Shown: positions 1 to 8,930, counted from the first letter of the stretch. The stretch: 64,000 bases of DNA from Clostridiales bacterium (GCA_004556165.1 SFIR01000001.1:150216-214215); one strand, 5' to 3'. Notes: generated by a model from the letters alone, not told the origin. Numbers and translations: made by a program.

Positions 1-4
1 TATA

Positions 5-853
5 TTGAATGTAAATCATATTTGCAAGAGCTTTGGACCCTTTGCCATAAAGGACATCAGCTTTGAGATCGAACCTGGGTACATAGTCGGTTTCATAGGC
101 CGAAACGGGGCGGGAAAGACAACAACATTAAAATCCATTCTCGGCGTCACCAAGGTCGATTCCGGCTCTGTAACATATATGGGAAAAAGCACTGTCGACA
201 GCAATGTCAAGCAGGAGCTTGGGATTATCCTCGGCGAATTCACCTATTATCGGCACGTTAAAATTGCGAAGCTGACGAAGGCGGTCAAACGCTTTTTCGT
301 GAACTGGAATGACGATACTTACAATGAATACATCAGAAGATTCGGTATCGACGAGAATAAGCGTGTCAAGGAGCTTTCAAGCGGAATGAAGGTTAAATAC
401 TCGCTTGCGATAGCCCTTTCCCATGAGGCAAAGCTGCTGATCCTCGACGAGCCGACCAGCGGCCTCGACCCGATTTCACGAGATGAGATATTGGATATCT
501 TCCGCAGTATTGTAGCTGACGGGGAGCACAGCATACTGTTTTCCACTCACATCACTTCGGATCTGGATAAATGTGCGGATTATGTCATCTACATAAAGAA
601 CGGAGAAATAACCATGAGCGGCGACAGGGAGGAGATTATCAACGGGTTCAGACTTGTGCAGGGCGGCATGGATGCTTTAACTCCCGAGCTTGAACACAGA
701 TTGATAGGGTATAAAACCAATGCTTTCGGCTTCAGCGGACTTATTCGTGAGGATGATATTGAGATTGCAAAGGATTTAATGATAGCAAGGGCCGACATTG
801 AATCAATAATGCTATATAACGAAAAGTATGTTAACGAGGAGGCAATGAAATGA
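5..853 (+). CDS. ABC transporter ATP-binding protein
   Basis: Walker A GRNGAGKTT, signature LSSGMKV and Walker B LLILDEPTSGLD are present. The TTG start sits at the window edge, so the true N-terminus is uncertain. Confidence 0.9.
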   Translation: MNVNHICKSFGPFAIKDISFEIEPGYIVGFIGRNGAGKTTTLKSILGVTKVDSGSVTYMGKSTVDSNVKQELGIILGEFTYYRHVKIAKLTKAVKRFFVNWNDDTYNEYIRRFGIDENKRVKELSSGMKVKYSLAIALSHEAKLLILDEPTSGLDPISRDEILDIFRSIVADGEHSILFSTHITSDLDKCADYVIYIKNGEITMSGDREEIINGFRLVQGGMDALTPELEHRLIGYKTNAFGFSGLIREDDIEIAKDLMIARADIESIMLYNEKYVNEEAMK

Positions 854-1509
854 AAAATACCATAAATCTGATTAAAATGGATCTTGAATTGATGCCGACA
901 TGGGTAGCGCTGATCTTCCTTGCCATATCGGGCATGCTGATGCTCATTCCGGTGTATCCGAGGTTTATCTCACCCTTCTACATACTTATATTCATTATCC
1001 AGACTTTTAGTTTTGAAGCTGAGTACGGGCAAAAACAGTTTGCCGCAATTCTACCTATAACAAAGGCTGAGTATGTCAGAGCAAAGACATTAGCCGTCGT
1101 TATGTATGAAACGGCGGCCATCCTCTTCACCGTTCCTTTTGCCGTAATCAGCGCAAGTCTTTTCAGGGATTTTCACTCGTTCTCATTCATCCCGCCGAAT
1201 TTCACCTGCCTGCTTCAGGTGCTGCTCTCCATGTCGGTATTCAATATTCTTGTTATGAATGCCGATTTTAAGGGACAGTTCAAGGTCACACCCGCGTGTG
1301 TGGTCGGCCTGATTCTATATGCAGTTATCAGCGGCACGATTGAAGGCGTGGTGCAGAGCATTCCGGCTTTAAGCTTTATGATGGGATTATCCGCTCATGA
1401 CCTGCTGCTGCAGCTTCCGTTCGCGGCCTTTGCAATCATATTCTTTGCCTTGACCGCCTATATCTCCTATCGATCTGCCGCTCGTAACTACGAAAAAGCA
1501 GAGATTTAA
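850..1509 (+). CDS. ABC-2-type multi-pass membrane permease (hypothetical)
   Basis: The ATGA overlap with the upstream ATPase suggests translational coupling. The 219-aa product has several hydrophobic helices. Confidence 0.6.
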   Translation: MKNTINLIKMDLELMPTWVALIFLAISGMLMLIPVYPRFISPFYILIFIIQTFSFEAEYGQKQFAAILPITKAEYVRAKTLAVVMYETAAILFTVPFAVISASLFRDFHSFSFIPPNFTCLLQVLLSMSVFNILVMNADFKGQFKVTPACVVGLILYAVISGTIEGVVQSIPALSFMMGLSAHDLLLQLPFAAFAIIFFALTAYISYRSAARNYEKAEI

Positions 1510-1514
1510 CCGGA

Positions 1515-1898
1515 ATGAATGCGAGTATGAAACTGAGCATTGCTATTTCAAATACATCCGATATTCCCATCTACCGTCAGCTTTATGACCAAATCGCTGC
1601 GGCTGTTATCAAGGGGGATATTGCGCCCAATGAATGCCTTCCGACTATAAGAAGCTTCGCTTCGGAGCTCGGCATCAGCGTGATAACGGTTAAGCGAACC
1701 TGGGAGGAGCTGGAGCGGTCGGGACTTATTTCGACCGTGCAGGGGAAGGGCTGTTTTGTCATGCCTCTCAGTGAAGAAGAACGCAATTCCATTCGCCGCG
1801 ATATGGCAGTAAAACATATAAAGAATAACATTGCATTCTATAAATCACTGGGGCTCAGTTCCGCTGAACTGATAAGCATAATAAAGCAGGAATACTGA
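1515..1898 (+). CDS. GntR family (YtrA-like) transcriptional regulator
   Basis: Short 127-aa GntR winged HTH (LPTIRSFASELGISVITVKRTWEELERSGLISTVQGKGCFV). It lies adjacent to the ABC pair. Confidence 0.85.
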   Translation: MNASMKLSIAISNTSDIPIYRQLYDQIAAAVIKGDIAPNECLPTIRSFASELGISVITVKRTWEELERSGLISTVQGKGCFVMPLSEEERNSIRRDMAVKHIKNNIAFYKSLGLSSAELISIIKQEY

Positions 1899-1904
1899 AT
1901 CCGA

Positions 1905-1940
1905 ACCGCTGCATCATTTCGTGCAGCGGTAACTTATTAT
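1905..1940 (+). terminator. Putative intrinsic terminator after the GntR gene
   Basis: 9-bp stem ACCGCTGCA/TGCAGCGGT (1905-1913 and 1922-1930). The downstream T tract is weak. Confidence 0.45.
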
Positions 1941-1942
1941 AG

Positions 1943-1968
1943 AATATTTGAATAATTGTTCAAATATT
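1943..1968. promoter_or_regulatory. Candidate ArsR/SmtB-type operator dyad 1
   Basis: AATATTTGAA-TAATTG-TTCAAATATT: perfect 10-bp inverted arms with a 6-bp spacer, just upstream of the -35 of the metal operon. Confidence 0.5.
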
Positions 1969-1979
1969 GAAAAATGCTC

Positions 1980-2008
1980 TTGACTTCAGATAAAGGCAGT
2001 AATATAAT
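1980..2008 (+). promoter_or_regulatory. Sigma-A-type promoter of the cadC-HMA-ATPase operon
   Basis: TTGACT (1980-1985), 17-bp spacer, TATAAT (2003-2008). Confidence 0.55.
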
Positions 2009-2011
2009 AAT

Positions 2012-2031
2012 ACTTGAACAAATGCTCAAGT
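2012..2031. promoter_or_regulatory. Candidate ArsR/SmtB-type operator dyad 2
   Basis: ACTTGAACAAATGCTCAAGT is an imperfect palindrome with TGAAC/CTCAAG arms. It lies immediately downstream of the -10, so it would overlap the transcription start. Confidence 0.4.
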
Positions 2032-2058
2032 GTAACAATATGAGCGAAAAAGAATAAG

Positions 2059-2436
2059 ATGATGCAGGAGGAAACGATTATGAGCGATTCAACGCCGAAA
2101 TGTTCGGTCGTGCATACTCATGATGATATTGTATCAAAGGTAAATGAGGTTTTGCCCGACGAGGAGCTGCTTTATGACCTTGCGGAGCTTTACAAGATTT
2201 TCGGAGACAGCACAAGAATAAAGATACTTTATGTGCTTTTTGAAAGCGAAATGTGCGTATGCGATATTGCGACGCTTCTGAATATGAGCATGTCCGCCAT
2301 CTCGCATCAGCTCAGGGTTCTTAAGCAGGCACAGCTTATCAAGTTCCGCCGTGACGGAAGGACGGTATTCTATTCGCTGGCTGATGACCATGTACGCACC
2401 ATCCTTGAACAAGGTATGGATCATATTTGTGAATAA
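2059..2436 (+). CDS. ArsR/SmtB family metalloregulator (CadC-like)
   Basis: HTH STRIKILYVLFESEMCVCDIATLLNMSMSAISHQLRVLKQAQLI carries a CVC metal-site motif. An N-terminal Cys/His stretch is present. It is the first gene of the metal operon. Confidence 0.9.
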   Translation: MMQEETIMSDSTPKCSVVHTHDDIVSKVNEVLPDEELLYDLAELYKIFGDSTRIKILYVLFESEMCVCDIATLLNMSMSAISHQLRVLKQAQLIKFRRDGRTVFYSLADDHVRTILEQGMDHICE

Positions 2437-2459
2437 AACATCATTGAAAGGATATAACC

Positions 2460-2681
2460 ATGAAGAAAACATATAAGATGACTGAGCTCGATTGTGCAAA
2501 TTGCGCGGCAAAGATGGAGGATAAGATAAAGAAACTTGAAGGGGTTAATTCTGTTTCGGTAAACTTTGCGACAGCTAAGATAACGATAGATGCCTCGGAT
2601 GAAGGATTTGATGCAGTAATCGAACAGGCGAAGGCTATATGCAGGAAAATCCATAGAAGCACCGAGATAGTTACCGATTAA
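2460..2681 (+). CDS. Stand-alone heavy-metal-associated (HMA) domain protein
   Basis: 73-aa ferredoxin-like HMA fold with a CxxC metal site (LDCANCAAKMEDKIKKLEGV). Confidence 0.85.
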   Translation: MKKTYKMTELDCANCAAKMEDKIKKLEGVNSVSVNFATAKITIDASDEGFDAVIEQAKAICRKIHRSTEIVTD

Positions 2682-2697
2682 GCCTAATGATAATACC

Positions 2698-4560
2698 ATG
2701 ACAAAATCGCAGAAAAAAGAATTGCTTTCAATAATTATCGGCGCAATTTTGCTTGCCGCCGCCGTTATCGTTACCAAGACGGTACTTAAAGGCCCGACTT
2801 GGGCGGTACTGCTCATTTTCCTTGTTCCTTATCTATGGCTCGGCTATAAGGTACTGTTCGATGCGGTACACGGTCTGGTTTCGGGCAGCTTCATGGATGA
2901 AAACTTCCTGATGTCGGTGGCTTCAATCGGCGCACTCTGTATCGGAGAACATACCGAAGCAGTACTTGTTATGCTCCTGTATTGTATAGGTGAATTCTTG
3001 GAGGAACTGGCAATAGGCCGCAGCAGAAGCTCCATTGCAGCCCTCACTGATATTCGCCCCGATAGGGCAAACCTTGAGAAAAACGGCGAGATTATCGAGA
3101 CCGACTGCGAGAACGTGCATATCGGTGATATCATCTTAGTTCGTGCAGGCGAAAGAATACCGCTCGACGGCATTGTAATTGAGGGAAGCTCAGGCCTTAA
3201 CACCTCAGCATTAACCGGAGAGTCATTGCCGCGCGATGTGACGGTCGGCGATGAGGTGCTGTCCGGCTGCATCAATATCAGCGGTACGCTTCGGATCAAA
3301 ACCGTAAAGGAAGCCTGCGATTCGACCGCGTCAAGGATACTTGAGCTAATCGAGGGCGCTTCGGCAAATAAATCCAAAAGCGAAGGTTTTATTACTAAAT
3401 TTGCAAAGTGGTATACGCCTGCTGTAATCGTAATCGTCATTCTGCTTGCCGTGATTCCTCCGCTGTTCTTTAATCAGAGCTGGAGCGACTGGGTGTATAA
3501 TGCTCTGAATATCCTCGTCATTTCCTGTCCGTGTGCGCTTGTCATATCGGTACCGCTGACTTTCTTCGGCGGCATAGGAGCCGCGAGCAGGAAGGGAATA
3601 CTTGTTAAAGGCTCAAATTACCTTGAGACGCTGTCTAAATGCAGCACAATGGTTTTTGATAAAACAGGTACGCTGACGAAGGGAACCTTCAAAATCAAAA
3701 GGATAAATGCCGTGGGCGTCAGCGAAGAAGAATTGCTAACCCTTACCGCAGCATGCGAACGCTTTTCAACTCACCCATTGGCGCATTCGATTCTTGCTTA
3801 CTGCGGAAACAGGGAGCTTCCGGAGCTGTCGGGCAATGAAGAGCTCGCAGGTTTGGGAGTTCGCGGAACTATTGACGGTCACGTCATTTGCTGCGGCAAT
3901 ATTCGTTTGATGGAGAAGATAGGTGTTGATTGTGAAGAATGCTGCGAAGCAGGGACCGCTGTCTATACATCTTGTGACGGTAAGTATATCGGATACATTC
4001 TTATTGCTGACGAGATTAAGGAGGATGCCGCCGAGGGAATTTCGAGGCTTCAAGACAAGCAGTCGGTTCGCAGCGTGATGCTTAGCGGCGACCGTAAGCT
4101 CATTGCCGAAGAAACAGCCGAAAAGCTTGGAATTTCGGAAGTGCATTATGAATTGCTGCCTGAGGATAAGGTGAAATACATGGAGGATATCCTTGCCGAC
4201 AGGAGCAAGAACCCGGTTGTTGCATATGTCGGTGACGGCATAAACGATGCCCCCGTGCTTGCCCGTGCTGATGTCGGTATCGCCATGGGCGGACTCGGTT
4301 CCGATGCTGCAATAGAGGCTGCGGACATAGTTATTATGGATGACAGCATCCGTAAGCTCCCGCTGGCGGTTGGAATTGCAAAACAGACGGTTAAAATCGC
4401 AAATGAGAATATCGCATTTGCGCTTGCTGTTAAGTTTGCAGTGTTCATCCTTGCAGCGTTCGGAATGTCAAAAATGTGGATGGCAATACTTGCGGATGTA
4501 GGGGTTTGCCTTATTGCAGTACTGAATTCCTTGCGTGCTATGAATTCCGTGAATAAATAA
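2698..4560 (+). CDS. cadA: P1B-type heavy-metal-translocating ATPase (Cd/Zn/Co type)
   Basis: CPC motif (SCPCALVIS), phosphorylation site DKTGTLT, hinge GDGINDAP and TGES are present. It has no fused N-terminal HMA domain. Confidence 0.93.
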   Translation: MTKSQKKELLSIIIGAILLAAAVIVTKTVLKGPTWAVLLIFLVPYLWLGYKVLFDAVHGLVSGSFMDENFLMSVASIGALCIGEHTEAVLVMLLYCIGEFLEELAIGRSRSSIAALTDIRPDRANLEKNGEIIETDCENVHIGDIILVRAGERIPLDGIVIEGSSGLNTSALTGESLPRDVTVGDEVLSGCINISGTLRIKTVKEACDSTASRILELIEGASANKSKSEGFITKFAKWYTPAVIVIVILLAVIPPLFFNQSWSDWVYNALNILVISCPCALVISVPLTFFGGIGAASRKGILVKGSNYLETLSKCSTMVFDKTGTLTKGTFKIKRINAVGVSEEELLTLTAACERFSTHPLAHSILAYCGNRELPELSGNEELAGLGVRGTIDGHVICCGNIRLMEKIGVDCEECCEAGTAVYTSCDGKYIGYILIADEIKEDAAEGISRLQDKQSVRSVMLSGDRKLIAEETAEKLGISEVHYELLPEDKVKYMEDILADRSKNPVVAYVGDGINDAPVLARADVGIAMGGLGSDAAIEAADIVIMDDSIRKLPLAVGIAKQTVKIANENIAFALAVKFAVFILAAFGMSKMWMAILADVGVCLIAVLNSLRAMNSVNK

Positions 4561-4672
4561 TCAAAACCGTTGGTCAACAGTAATTATAAAATCATTCTAT
4601 TGTTTTATTGAACATTTTGGGGTAAAAAGTGCGAATATATCGGCAGAACATGGATTTTTCGGCAGTTAATGC

Positions 4673-4701
4673 TTGAAAGAATGAAAGAAATTGTTTATAA
4701 T
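4673..4701 (+). promoter_or_regulatory. Putative promoter of the acyl-CoA dehydrogenase/etf operon
   Basis: TTGAAA (4673-4678), 17 bp, TATAAT (4696-4701). Confidence 0.45.
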
Positions 4702-4794
4702 AGCATCTGACGCTGCAAAAACAGAACACGCAGCAAGGTATTGTGCTGCTGCCGTGAACACAAGATACTATTGATCAATAAGGTAGGTAATTTC

Positions 4795-5934
4795 ATGGAT
4801 TTTAACCTTTCAAAAGAACAGCTGCTGGTCAGGCAGCTTGTTCGTGACTTTGCGGAAAATGAAGTTAAACCCATTGCTGCGGAGATCGATGAGACCGAGC
4901 GCTTTCCGCGCGAAACAGTCGAGAAGATGGCAAAGGTGGGTCTGTTCGGCATAAATATTCCCAAACAGTACGGCGGAGCCGGCGGCGATGACCTAAGCTA
5001 TTATATTGCTGTTGAAGAGATCGCAAAGGTATGCGCAACGACCGCTATTATTCTCAGCGCACATAATTCACTTTGCAGCGGACCTATCCTTGCATACGGC
5101 ACGGAAGAGCAGAAGCAGAAGTATCTCGTGCCTTTAGCAAAGGGCGAAAAGCTCGGCGCTTTTGCCCTGACAGAACCCAATGCCGGCACGGATTCGGCAG
5201 CCCAGGAAACGAGTGCGGTCCTTGACGGCGACCATTGGATATTGAACGGCAGCAAATGTTTTATCACAAACGGCGGTCAGGCTGACACCTACATCATCAT
5301 AGCGATGACCGATAAATCCAAAGGCAACAGGGGGATTTCCGCTTTCATAGTCGAGAAGGATACCCCGGGCTTTACCATCGGCAAGCTTGAACATAAGATG
5401 GGCATAAGAGCAAGCGCCACAGCCGAATTGATCTTTGATAATTGCATCATACCAAAGGAGAATTTGCTCGGCGAAGTGAATAAAGGCTTCAAGATTGCAA
5501 TGAATACTCTTGACGGCGGCAGGATCGGCGTAGCCGCACAGGCGCTCGGCATTGCCGAGGGAGCTTTCGATGAAGCTGTCAAATATATGAATGAGCGAGT
5601 TCAGTTCCGCAAGAAGATTTCCAGCTTTCAGGGGCTTCAGTGGATGTGCGCCGATATGAAATGCAGCATAGAAAGCGCAAGGCTGCTTGTTTATCGGGCT
5701 GCAGCCTGCAAGCAGGCGGGTAAGGACTTCCAGGAGGAAGCCGCCATGGCCAAGCTTTCCGCATCACGCACCGCAATGGATGTAACGACAAAATGCGTTC
5801 AGCTGTTCGGCGGCTATGGGTATTCAAGGGAATATCCCGTTGAGCGCATGATGAGGGATGCTAAGATAACCGAGATTTACGAGGGGACCTCGCAGGTTCA
5901 GCAGATGGTTATTGCAGGCAGGATTTTCAAATGA
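4795..5934 (+). CDS. Short-chain (butyryl-CoA-type) acyl-CoA dehydrogenase
   Basis: Full-length ACAD motifs (GAFALTEPNAGTD, catalytic-base region IYEGTSQVQ). I set the start at ATG 4795 behind the AAGGTAGG RBS rather than the track's 4741. Confidence 0.93.
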   Translation: MDFNLSKEQLLVRQLVRDFAENEVKPIAAEIDETERFPRETVEKMAKVGLFGINIPKQYGGAGGDDLSYYIAVEEIAKVCATTAIILSAHNSLCSGPILAYGTEEQKQKYLVPLAKGEKLGAFALTEPNAGTDSAAQETSAVLDGDHWILNGSKCFITNGGQADTYIIIAMTDKSKGNRGISAFIVEKDTPGFTIGKLEHKMGIRASATAELIFDNCIIPKENLLGEVNKGFKIAMNTLDGGRIGVAAQALGIAEGAFDEAVKYMNERVQFRKKISSFQGLQWMCADMKCSIESARLLVYRAAACKQAGKDFQEEAAMAKLSASRTAMDVTTKCVQLFGGYGYSREYPVERMMRDAKITEIYEGTSQVQQMVIAGRIFK

Positions 5935-5948
5935 CGGAGGAAAGTACA

Positions 5949-6734
5949 ATGAAACTGATAGTATGCATTAAACAGGTACCGAATACCGTTGAAGTAAAGC
6001 TTGACCCTGCGACCGGAAGGCTCATTCGTGACGGCGTTCCCAACATCATTAACCCCGATGACAAGAATGCGCTTGAAGAAGCGCTCCGCATAAAGGATGA
6101 GAACCCCGGGACGACCGTTACCGTTCTTTCAATGGGACCTGCACAGGCAGATGTCGCCATGCGTGAAGCGTTGGCAATGGGCGCAGATGAGGCGATACTG
6201 CTTTCGGACAGAGCGTTTGGAGGCTCTGATACTTGGGCAACCTCCTATATTATTGCAACCGCAATTAAGAAGATAAATGATTTTGATATAATCTTCTGCG
6301 GCAGGCAGGCTATTGACGGCGATACCGCACAGGTTGGGCCTCAGATTGCAGAACAGCTCAATATTCCTCAGATCACCTATGTTGAAGAGCTGACCGTCTC
6401 CGGCGATAAGGTTACTGCAAGGCGAAAACTCGAAGAAGGGTATTCCGTTGTCGAAGCAAAGATGCCCGTTCTTATTACTGCAATAAAGGAGCTGAATACT
6501 CCGAGGTATATGACTCCTGCCGGCATTTTTGATGCTTATAAAAAGGAAGTTAAGGTGTGGGGCTTCGATGATGTCCCTGTTGATCCCGAGAAGATTGGCT
6601 TAAAGGGTTCTCCGACGAATGTCAGGAACACCTTCAGCCCCGATGCGAAGGGACACGGAATGATGCTCGACGGAGCAGATAGAATGACGGTTAAGAATCT
6701 GTTTGACCGTCTTGACGAGAAACACTTGCTCTGA
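5949..6734 (+). CDS. etfB: Electron transfer flavoprotein subunit beta
   Basis: MKLIVCIKQVPN N-terminus and an EtfB fold. I set the start at 5949 behind GGAGGAAAG. Confidence 0.9.
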   Translation: MKLIVCIKQVPNTVEVKLDPATGRLIRDGVPNIINPDDKNALEEALRIKDENPGTTVTVLSMGPAQADVAMREALAMGADEAILLSDRAFGGSDTWATSYIIATAIKKINDFDIIFCGRQAIDGDTAQVGPQIAEQLNIPQITYVEELTVSGDKVTARRKLEEGYSVVEAKMPVLITAIKELNTPRYMTPAGIFDAYKKEVKVWGFDDVPVDPEKIGLKGSPTNVRNTFSPDAKGHGMMLDGADRMTVKNLFDRLDEKHLL

Positions 6735-6751
6735 TTCGGGAGGAAAGGGAT

Positions 6752-7939
6752 ATGTCAGTTAGAGTTATTAAAGATAAATGCGTTGGCTGCGGTGCATGCG
6801 AAGCCGGATGCCCTGTCGGTGCTATTGATGTGTCAAGCGGTGTTGCGGTGATTTCTGATGCCTGCATTTCCTGCGGCTCGTGCATAAATGCATGCCCCTG
6901 CGAGGCTATCGAAGGCGATACCGTCGAGAAAAAGGAAGCTTCGATTGCCGATTATCACGGAGTTTGGGTGTTTGCCGAACAGCGTGACGGCGTGCTCATG
7001 GGTACCGCTGCGGAGCTTTTAGGCGAAGGAAGAAAACTGGCGGATAAGCTCGGTACGGAGCTTACTGCGGTTCTGCTTGGGTACGATGTATCCGGGCTTA
7101 CGGATGACCTCGGAGCTTACGGTGCTGATTGCGTGTTACTTGCCGAATCGGATAAGCTGAAGGATTATAATACCGAAGCATACACTAAGATAATTGCCGA
7201 TTTGGTCTGCGAACGCAAGCCTGAAATCCTTTTGATCGGAGCCACAAGTATCGGCCGTGATCTCGGCCCGCGTCTTTCCGCAAGGCTTTATACAGGCCTT
7301 ACGGCTGACTGTACCTCGCTTGACATCGATCCGGAAACCCGTGGATTGCTTCAGACCCGTCCGGCTTTCGGCGGAAACGTTATGGCAACAATTATCACAC
7401 CGAACCATAGGCCGCAGATGTCAACGGTTCGTCCCGGCGTCATGAAAAAGGCTGAGTTTGCCCCGGAGCACAAAGCAAAGGTCGAAAGGATAAGCGTTGA
7501 ATTTGCCGACGGAGAGATACGCACAAGGGTTATTGAGACAGTAAGGTCGCTTCAGCAGACCGTTAATCTTATTGATGCCGAAATCATCGTTGCCGGAGGC
7601 AGGGGAGTCGGAAGCGCCGAAGGGTTTAAGCTGATCGAACAGCTTGCGGAGACACTCGGCGGCGTTGTAGGTGCAAGCCGTGCAGCCGTTGAGGCCGGCT
7701 ATATCTCCGCCGAACATCAGGTCGGCCAGACGGGGAAGACGGTTCGCCCGAAGATTTACATAGCCTGCGGTATTTCCGGTGCCATACAGCATCTTGCAGG
7801 TATGCAGAACAGCAGATGTATCATTGCCGTCAACAAGAACTCGGATGCTCCCATCTTCGGCGTTGCCGATTACGGGATCTGCGGAGATCTGTTTAAGGTA
7901 ATACCTATGATGATAGAAGAATATAAAGCGAGAAAGTAA
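6752..7939 (+). CDS. etfA: Electron transfer flavoprotein subunit alpha with an N-terminal 2x[4Fe-4S] ferredoxin domain
   Basis: Two CxxCxxCxxxCP motifs lie within the first 50 aa (CVGCGACEAGCP and CISCGSCINACP). They are followed by a full EtfA FAD-binding region. Confidence 0.9.
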   Translation: MSVRVIKDKCVGCGACEAGCPVGAIDVSSGVAVISDACISCGSCINACPCEAIEGDTVEKKEASIADYHGVWVFAEQRDGVLMGTAAELLGEGRKLADKLGTELTAVLLGYDVSGLTDDLGAYGADCVLLAESDKLKDYNTEAYTKIIADLVCERKPEILLIGATSIGRDLGPRLSARLYTGLTADCTSLDIDPETRGLLQTRPAFGGNVMATIITPNHRPQMSTVRPGVMKKAEFAPEHKAKVERISVEFADGEIRTRVIETVRSLQQTVNLIDAEIIVAGGRGVGSAEGFKLIEQLAETLGGVVGASRAAVEAGYISAEHQVGQTGKTVRPKIYIACGISGAIQHLAGMQNSRCIIAVNKNSDAPIFGVADYGICGDLFKVIPMMIEEYKARK

Positions 7940-7956
7940 AGTTATAAAGGACACAC

Positions 7957-7998
7957 AAAGCCCTCGGACGCAGATTTACGTCCGAGGGCTTTGCTTTT
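7957..7998. terminator. Bidirectional intrinsic terminator between etfA and the ACP-like gene
   Basis: 13-14-bp GC-rich stem AAAGCCCTCGGACG/CGTCCGAGGGCTTT, followed by GCTTTT. Confidence 0.7.
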
Positions 7999-8025
7999 AC
8001 GTTAATGAGAATTCAATGGGCGGCT

Positions 8026-8244
8026 TTACAGCATAATATGCTGCAGCATATCGTTGTAGGAATGGATATTGTGCTCCTCGTTGTCTATGAGAATATCGTA
8101 TTTATCCTCAAGCTCCATTAGTATCTCGGTGAGGTCAAGCTCATTGAGCCCCAAACCGGTGAGATCGGAATCGGGCATAATATCCGCTTCCGATAGCCCG
8201 GCTGTTTCGCTGATTATATGCCTGACGGCTTCAAAATCGTTCAT
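8026..8244 (-). CDS. Acyl-carrier-protein-fold protein lacking the phosphopantetheine serine
   Basis: 72 aa, aligning with ACP helix II (GLGLNELDLTEILMELEDKYD against [21 protein letters not shown]). The DSL motif is replaced by NEL. Confidence 0.6.
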   Translation of the reverse strand: MNDFEAVRHIISETAGLSEADIMPDSDLTGLGLNELDLTEILMELEDKYDILIDNEEHNIHSYNDMLQHIML

Positions 8245-8487
8245 AGATGACGCTCCTTAATAAATAGGGTATAATTCCGTATAAATATATGTGCGCAGTT
8301 TCGCACAAATTCATTATATCACCCGAGTTTTTTATGTCAACCTATTTAGCACCGGGATTTATCGAAATTATCACAAAGAATACTTATGTAAAGCAACAAA
8401 ACAGCGGAATTGTGGTCAAGCCATCGAAAATGGTATTTATCGGAACAGCGGTTTTCTAAATATATTCGAAATTTATGGGATTCGGTA

Positions 8488-8515
8488 TTGACAATGCCGG
8501 CATTTAAGGTATAAT
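8488..8515 (+). promoter_or_regulatory. Putative promoter of the ylxM-ffh operon
   Basis: TTGACA (8488-8493), 16 bp, TATAAT (8510-8515). An 8-bp hairpin CTGTAAAG/CTTTACAG follows at 8522-8545. Confidence 0.5.
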
Positions 8516-8582
8516 AGACGACTGTAAAGCAATATTACTTTACAGCTGCACACATTTCAAATCTCGCGCGCGGAGGAACACT

Positions 8583-8930
8583 ATGGCACAGGATAAGCTG
8601 GAACTTAGTCTGCTCCTTGATTATTACGGCTCTTTTCTGACCGAGAAGCAGCGCGATATCATCTGCTTATGGGTTGATGAGGATATGTCCCTTGCCGAGA
8701 TTGCCGAGATGAAGAATATTTCACGGCAGGGTGTGCGCGATGCGATTCAAAGAAGCGAAAAACAGCTCAATGATATGGAGAATAAACTCGGACTTATTCG
8801 GCGTGACGGGGAAATACGGAAACTCCTTGAAAATTTGGATTCTGAGCTCAGAAGCTCCTCTGTCAACGCACAAGCCCATGAACTCATAGAAAAACTTATT
8901 TCGATAATGGAGGGTGAAAATGGCATTTGA
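8583..8930 (+). CDS. ylxM: YlxM/p13-like putative DNA-binding protein (UPF0122)
   Basis: Sigma-70 region-4-like HTH (MSLAEIAEMKNISRQGVRDAIQRSEKQL) in the conserved position directly upstream of ffh. Confidence 0.85.
   Translation: MAQDKLELSLLLDYYGSFLTEKQRDIICLWVDEDMSLAEIAEMKNISRQGVRDAIQRSEKQLNDMENKLGLIRRDGEIRKLLENLDSELRSSSVNAQAHELIEKLISIMEGENGI

Noticed and set aside
4702-4794. A Rex (redox repressor) operator in the acyl-CoA dehydrogenase leader.
   Set aside because: Segments such as GTGAACACAAG and TTGTTTATAA resemble half-sites, but no convincing TTGTGAA-N6-TTCACAA-type palindrome is present.
8291-8491. A 66-aa ORF in the ACP-like/ylxM intergenic region, containing two similar ATTTATCG(A/G)AA segments.
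   Set aside because: It has a GTG start, no RBS and an odd composition, and it runs into the predicted ylxM promoter. The repeat is short and imperfect, so I do not call it a binding site.
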